Below, piece by piece: positions 59,094-64,000 of a DNA stretch of 64,000 nucleotides. Source of the DNA: Takakia lepidozioides (Eukaryota; Plantae; Bryophyta). A program made the position numbers and the translations under genes. Each line of letters begins with the position of its first letter. The stretch's first letter is position 1. Location: positions 19,964,001 to 20,028,000 of the forward strand of contig CM060733.1 in NCBI GenBank assembly GCA_030704615.1, in the 5' to 3' direction. The notes below the pieces were generated by a model that was not told the DNA's origin, searched no databases, and was given only the letters and a program-made list of their open reading frames with translations.

Positions 59094-62069
59094 CTATCCA
59101 ATGCATTGTGGACATAACCAATCCCCATCTGGAACCATCTCAAGAGGTGGAGTCAAGCACCCCATATGCCAACCTCTAGAGCATCGATCACACACCAGCA
59201 TGGTGGCTGCCCCTTTAGCAGACCCACACAACATGCACCTCAAACCTGCAGATACCACTGCCAGGTTTGGGTCAATCCTGCCATCGACATTCGGAAGGTG
59301 ACATGGCGCACAATTACGCACATGGTCCTTCCAAGTTATGCCATCCCGACCCTCCAAGACCAAGACGCCTGAGGGCAAGACCTCTCGAACCCTCAAAATA
59401 ACACGTCCTGCAGTCACATCCAGGGTCGTAGGAGCAGTCTGCTGCAGATAGACATAGTCACCAGGGTTGAATCTCCGAACCCCAGGACGATAGCCCCCAC
59501 CACGTATGGTGGCATACCTCAACGTATCACGGTGTTGTGCAATGGCAAGGTTCTCGAAAGCCATGGGCATGACTCTCTTGAACAACTCTGCACGCTGCTC
59601 ACATGCACGTGCCCACACGTCCGGATCGTCAAGGTTAAGAACTGTAGCAGCTTCTCTGCGAATGGATGTCGGCAAATCCGGCTCTCGGCCAAAGAGAAGA
59701 AAGTATGGTGAGAAGGAGGCAAGTGATGCTTGCTTGCTGAACCTGTAGCCCATGGCTAACCAGGGTAACTGAAGGTCCCAATCTCCTAGGTGTCCCTTCT
59801 GCAAGCCATACTTGCGCAAACCCCTCTTTACTGTCTGAACAACTCTCTCTGCCAAGCCATCGGCTTCAGGATGATCCCGAGAAGTGGTGCGGTGGTCTAT
59901 CAAGGCCTTGTCACACAAAGCCTGAAACTCCCCCAAGAACTCTCTCCCTTGGTCCGTGAGTACCTCAGCTGGAGCACCGAATCGGCTAAGCACACAATCC
60001 AGGAATGCATACGCAGCTCCCTCACTAGCCTTATTAGGCAATGGAACCAATTCAATCCACTTGGAGAAGTGCTCCACCATCACAAACACGTACTTGTTGT
60101 GGCGCATGGTCAGTGGCAACGGCCCTGCGAAGTCAAGACTCCACCTGTAGCCCAATCCCATGATCGGAAGAGGGTGCAATTGTGGAGTAGGGGCGTTGAA
60201 TGAAGCACGCACCCTGTCACACACCATGCACCTAGCCACAAATTGTTGCACCTCTGTGTGCATACCACGCCACCAATACTGCCCCTGCAGTAGACTATGA
60301 GTGCGTCGCACCCCAAAATGCCCCAACTCCTCATAGGCATGCCGCACTAACCGTGCCCGCTGTGTTGGGTGAGGCACAATCCTCACTCGACCATCCTCCC
60401 ACACTCGGAGCAGGTGTGTTCCCTCCCACCTGAACCTCTTGGCTCGTTGTAGGATCCGATCCCTCTCCTTGGCAGTCATAGTGGCTGCCGTGTCTCCACT
60501 GCGGAGGTAGTCCAACACAACTGAATCCTCATGTATATCTTTGGCGCCACCCTGCTCATTGCTGGCCTCAGGGTCCTCAGACACTTGATCTACAGTCATC
60601 CCTGTTGTAGGTCCAACCTGGCCTTCCGCTGCCAAGATACACAGAAATGCAGATGCATGCCATCCGGGCACCATCTCCTCGTCTGTCTCACCATGCCACC
60701 GAGCTCCAGTGTCATCCTGCTGGCTCGTGCATGGATTGCGACTCAACCCATCTGCATTTCGATTGACCAAACCCGGTCGATGCACCACCTGAAAGTCATA
60801 CTCTTGAAGGATGAGTGCCCACCGTGCAAGCTTCCCCGTAAGCTTGTCTGACTCCATCAACCACTTGAGTGGTTGGTGATCCGTGACAAGGGTGAAGAGA
60901 TTGCCGTATAGATAGCACCTGAAGTGTGCCACGGCCCACATTGCAGCTAAGCATTCTCCCTCATATGAGCTATACTTAGACTCTGCAGCATTGTTCGAGC
61001 GGCTAGCATAAGCCACTACGAACTCTCTTCCCTCATCATCCACCTGTGTGAGCACCGCTCCAAGCCCCAGCATGCTCCAATCTGTATGCAGCTGAAAAGG
61101 ACGCCCCCTGATAGGTCGTCTCAAAATGGGCGCCGAGGTCAACCTCGCCTTGAGCTCTTGAAAAGCTTGTTCTTGCTCATCTTCCCACTGCCACTCCTGG
61201 TCCACCTTGGTCAGCTTGGTTAGAGCCTTTGCAATGGCACTAAATCCCTTAACAAACCGTCTGTAATAGTTTGCTAACCCCATGAAAGCTCGAACTCGGC
61301 TCACATCCGTGGGGCGTGGAACCTGTGCAATGGACTCTACCTTAGTCTGCTGTACCCCCAATCCTCCAGGATATATCATGTGACCCAGATACTCAATCTG
61401 GTTGTGGAAAAACTTGCACTTGCCCGGATGTAACTTCAATCCTTGCGTCCTCAAGCGCTCAAATACCCCCTGAAGGTGTCTCTCATGCTCCTCCACCGTA
61501 GCACTAAAGATGATGATGTCATCTATGTAGCACCGAGCAAACTCCACCCCTGCTAGAATCCTGTCCATGACTCTTTGAAACTCAGCGGGAGCGTTTTTAA
61601 GCCCAAATGGTAAGAACCGCCACTGGTATAGGCAATCCTTCCCGTGCTCATTGATCCCCCAGAATGCCGTCTTTTGCCTATCCGCCTCCTTGATCGGCAA
61701 CTGGTGATATCCGGATCGTAAATCCAACGTGCTAAAGACCTTGGAATGCCCAATGGCATCAAAGATCTCCTCTGGTGTTGGCATGGCATACCTATCGGAC
61801 TTGGTTTGACGATTTACAGGCCGGTAATCACCGCACATACGTCTCTCCGTCCAATTGCCATAGACATCCTTCTTAGCTGGCATCACCGTGGCTGAAGCAT
61901 ACTCTCCACCAGAGAGCTCCACCAAACCTGCCTCCCAGAGATCTTGAGTCCTCATCTGAATCAAAGACCTCTCCATGTCACTGTATCTATAGGGTCTCCG
62001 AAAGATTGGCGTGTCAGTGGCCAACTCAATACGGATCTCTTGACCCTTCAGTGCTCCCAAGTCCTTCAA
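59094..62069 (-). CDS. RT-RNase H-integrase-PHD part of pol (uninterrupted 991 aa)
   Basis: RRMCGDYR, LDLRSGYHQ, PFGLKNAP, YIDD; HTDWS, SYEGECLA, TDHQPL; GHFG...CMVC, SLDFAGP, TDQGREF, DGLAER. C-terminal C4HC3 PHD CMLC...CDRC...HMGC...WLCPQC (59097-59237). Confidence 0.95.
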   Translation of the reverse strand: MKDLGALKGQEIRIELATDTPIFRRPYRYSDMERSLIQMRTQDLWEAGLVELSGGEYASATVMPAKKDVYGNWTERRMCGDYRPVNRQTKSDRYAMPTPEEIFDAIGHSKVFSTLDLRSGYHQLPIKEADRQKTAFWGINEHGKDCLYQWRFLPFGLKNAPAEFQRVMDRILAGVEFARCYIDDIIIFSATVEEHERHLQGVFERLRTQGLKLHPGKCKFFHNQIEYLGHMIYPGGLGVQQTKVESIAQVPRPTDVSRVRAFMGLANYYRRFVKGFSAIAKALTKLTKVDQEWQWEDEQEQAFQELKARLTSAPILRRPIRGRPFQLHTDWSMLGLGAVLTQVDDEGREFVVAYASRSNNAAESKYSSYEGECLAAMWAVAHFRCYLYGNLFTLVTDHQPLKWLMESDKLTGKLARWALILQEYDFQVVHRPGLVNRNADGLSRNPCTSQQDDTGARWHGETDEEMVPGWHASAFLCILAAEGQVGPTTGMTVDQVSEDPEASNEQGGAKDIHEDSVVLDYLRSGDTAATMTAKERDRILQRAKRFRWEGTHLLRVWEDGRVRIVPHPTQRARLVRHAYEELGHFGVRRTHSLLQGQYWWRGMHTEVQQFVARCMVCDRVRASFNAPTPQLHPLPIMGLGYRWSLDFAGPLPLTMRHNKYVFVMVEHFSKWIELVPLPNKASEGAAYAFLDCVLSRFGAPAEVLTDQGREFLGEFQALCDKALIDHRTTSRDHPEADGLAERVVQTVKRGLRKYGLQKGHLGDWDLQLPWLAMGYRFSKQASLASFSPYFLLFGREPDLPTSIRREAATVLNLDDPDVWARACEQRAELFKRVMPMAFENLAIAQHRDTLRYATIRGGGYRPGVRRFNPGDYVYLQQTAPTTLDVTAGRVILRVREVLPSGVLVLEGRDGITWKDHVRNCAPCHLPNVDGRIDPNLAVVSAGLRCMLCGSAKGAATMLVCDRCSRGWHMGCLTPPLEMVPDGDWLCPQCIG

Positions 62070-62404
62070 ACTGAAGGCAAAGCAATTCCTATAAGCCCTC
62101 AGGAACCGCCGTATACGTCGTCTCTCTCCTCCGATGACAATGGGTCCAATGTCAGGCTCCCAATTGTCCTCCGTAACTGCAACCTTAAGTCCAGTGGGCT
62201 TAGAGGTAGAGGACGCGTCCCGTGGTTGCTATGCTGCAACCTCTTGAGCAGTACCCCCTTCCTGCTCAGTCAATGACAAGGCCTCATCCTACCCCATCAT
62301 CTCATCATGGGAACCTCCTCATCCCAAGAAGAATCCCCAACCTCATCCATCACAGCTGCCTTCGCTGCCAACTCCCTCTGAACCTCGAGCACCTCCCACG
62401 TGTG

Positions 62405-64000
62405 TCATGGATGTCTACACCTCGTGGTCCTCACCGGCTCGCCCCCACTCGCTGCCTGTACCGTCTCGGTAGGCAGAGAGACCGTCAAGGGAAGTGCACT
62501 CCGCACTCTACGTTGCTCAGCCATAGCCAAGCTGACAATCCAGGTCAAGCAATTGAGATCCATTGCTTGCCCCAACACTTGACGACGTGATGCCTCAGAA
62601 AGAGAAGGCACCGCCGTGGTCCCAGTGGAAAACCCCATAGCCCGCTCTCGCTCGTCGGCATTAGGCTCCACTAACTGCTGCAACTGAGCATCCCACAAGA
62701 GGCCAGGTCCACCATCCCAAAAAGCATGGGATCCTGGGAAGCTGAGCAGTGTAGGTAATGCTGCTCGTGGTTGACCCACCCTGTTGACCACTGCCAAAGG
62801 CGAACGGTCATCGTGTCTCACACGTTGAGACTGCCTTCCTGTGTCCAAAATGCCATCCACGGTGAGGTGTGCTGGCCGCTGCACCCCATCAAATGCACGC
62901 TTGAGCAGTGCGGGTGGCATCAAGTTAGTCCACCATAGTCGTGGACGATGAGCCCGTGACCCCACTGCAGCTGCATCCAGCAATACTGCTGACCCAAGCC
63001 ACGACCGGACTTGATGCACACTGGCCATCACTCTGGCCCGAGAATCACCCATCAGTGGCACATTCTCCAAGATGTATGCCGGGGATACAGCCTGATGAAG
63101 CTGCAAGTGGCGCAAAATCCGCACCATCTCCCAAAACAGACCCGTCCTCGAGTCTCGCAATCCATTGCCATGCCCGGCTGATGAATGCCCTTGGCAGGGC
63201 CAACCTGCCACTACCAGATCAATGGAGCCAACCCGCTCCAAATCCTGCGCCCCCAGCAACGCAATGTCTGCTGGCAAGGCCTGCTGATATCCACGAACTG
63301 CAGACACCGGCAACAACTCAGGGTGCTGCTGCACCATCTGAGCAACATGGCGCAGTGAGACGCGTCGTGCAGTCTCATCCCTCTCCACATACAGGTAACG
63401 TCGAACTTGTACACCTGCCTGCAGCACTGCAGCCAATCCAGTGCTGATTCCGCCAAATAAGTCCAGAAGGCATATGCCTTCATCCGGCCGCTGCCACACA
63501 AGAGGTGTGGTGTCCAATGGCGACAACTGAGGTGGCCCTGGTGCAATCACCGCACTCTCCTCCTCTCCTGACGGTACAAAAGCTTCTACCCAAGCTTGTT
63601 GCACCCGTCCATCAGCAGCTTGCTGCAAATCCTTGCTCGTACCCCACAACGGAGTGTGAGCAACCATGGCAGGCAACTCCGCCGTACCATGCATGTCATC
63701 CTGCTCTGCTGGAGGTGGCACATCCTCTGCATGGGCATTGCCTTCCAGCAACTCTCCAGGCCAACTAACTGCAGCTGTGAAGGCGGCTAGTGTTGGCATC
63801 TTGCCCCGCTGGGCAGCTGCAATACCCCCAATGAATGTCACAGGGAGCTGTGCACGGCGACCATCCCCTGACTGCCATCCAGGCCTGTAGGATGCTGACT
63901 CCTCCCAGAAATCCAGGGTAAAGCCCATGGGGTATAACACTGCCCCACCAACGAGGACATCGTAAGAGACCGCGTCTGTCACAATGGCCTTGGCTCGCAT
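62405..64000 (-). CDS. Protease C-terminus + DNMT3-like C5-cytosine methyltransferase domain (~62530-63475) of pol
   Basis: YDVLVGG..L...GFTLDF (retropepsin end). MTase motifs: I LDLFGGIS, II VE, III ADI, IV AGWPCQG, VI ILENV, VIII AHRPRLWWTN, IX ERERAMGF, X RRQVLGQAMD. Confidence 0.92.
   Translation of the reverse strand: MRAKAIVTDAVSYDVLVGGAVLYPMGFTLDFWEESASYRPGWQSGDGRRAQLPVTFIGGIAAAQRGKMPTLAAFTAAVSWPGELLEGNAHAEDVPPPAEQDDMHGTAELPAMVAHTPLWGTSKDLQQAADGRVQQAWVEAFVPSGEEESAVIAPGPPQLSPLDTTPLVWQRPDEGICLLDLFGGISTGLAAVLQAGVQVRRYLYVERDETARRVSLRHVAQMVQQHPELLPVSAVRGYQQALPADIALLGAQDLERVGSIDLVVAGWPCQGHSSAGHGNGLRDSRTGLFWEMVRILRHLQLHQAVSPAYILENVPLMGDSRARVMASVHQVRSWLGSAVLLDAAAVGSRAHRPRLWWTNLMPPALLKRAFDGVQRPAHLTVDGILDTGRQSQRVRHDDRSPLAVVNRVGQPRAALPTLLSFPGSHAFWDGGPGLLWDAQLQQLVEPNADERERAMGFSTGTTAVPSLSEASRRQVLGQAMDLNCLTWIVSLAMAEQRRVRSALPLTVSLPTETVQAASGGEPVRTTRCRHP

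Larger units (their letters stand above)
58304..64000 (-). mobile_element. Ty3/gypsy (chromovirus/Tcn1-like) retrotransposon carrying a C5-DNA methyltransferase and a PHD finger; 5' part beyond the window
   Basis: Order: protease C-terminus, DNMT, RT, RH, IN, PHD, PPT, LTR. Confidence 0.9.

Overview
Eukaryotic nuclear DNA, most likely from a seed-free land plant (inferred from a decayed PLS-type PPR fragment, an ABRE-driven group-1 LEA/Em gene and a copia LTR with a half-tRNA primer site). Beyond about 2.4 kb the window is almost all nested transposable elements. In order: (1) a decayed Ty1/copia (2443-~6992) and two further LTR remnants; (2) a large intron-rich cargo element 'A' (~9.9-31.9 kb) split by a complete CACTA element (17094-28968, TAT TSD); (3) a large MULE-type element 'B' (~31.9-56.2 kb) whose transposase is split by a complete Ty3/gypsy element (33276-46602, GCCTT TSD); (4) a further A-like segment; (5) a Ty3/gypsy element running off the right edge whose pol carries a C5-cytosine methyltransferase between protease and RT and a PHD finger on integrase. 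The best candidate for an undescribed system: elements A and B each encode a ParB/Srx-like domain joined to a beta-class (N6A/N4C-type) methyltransferase-like domain. Each is also studded, almost only in introns and non-coding DNA, with its own variant of a 22-24 bp palindrome sharing AACCTyG...CrAGGTT arms, which suggests a transposon-encoded ParB/parS-like self-recognition or epigenetic module. Element A also encodes an FCP1/SCP-like phosphatase domain and a short RNA Pol II CTD-like heptad tract. All domain calls are by eye from motifs; no searches were run. The boundaries of elements A and B are not resolved.
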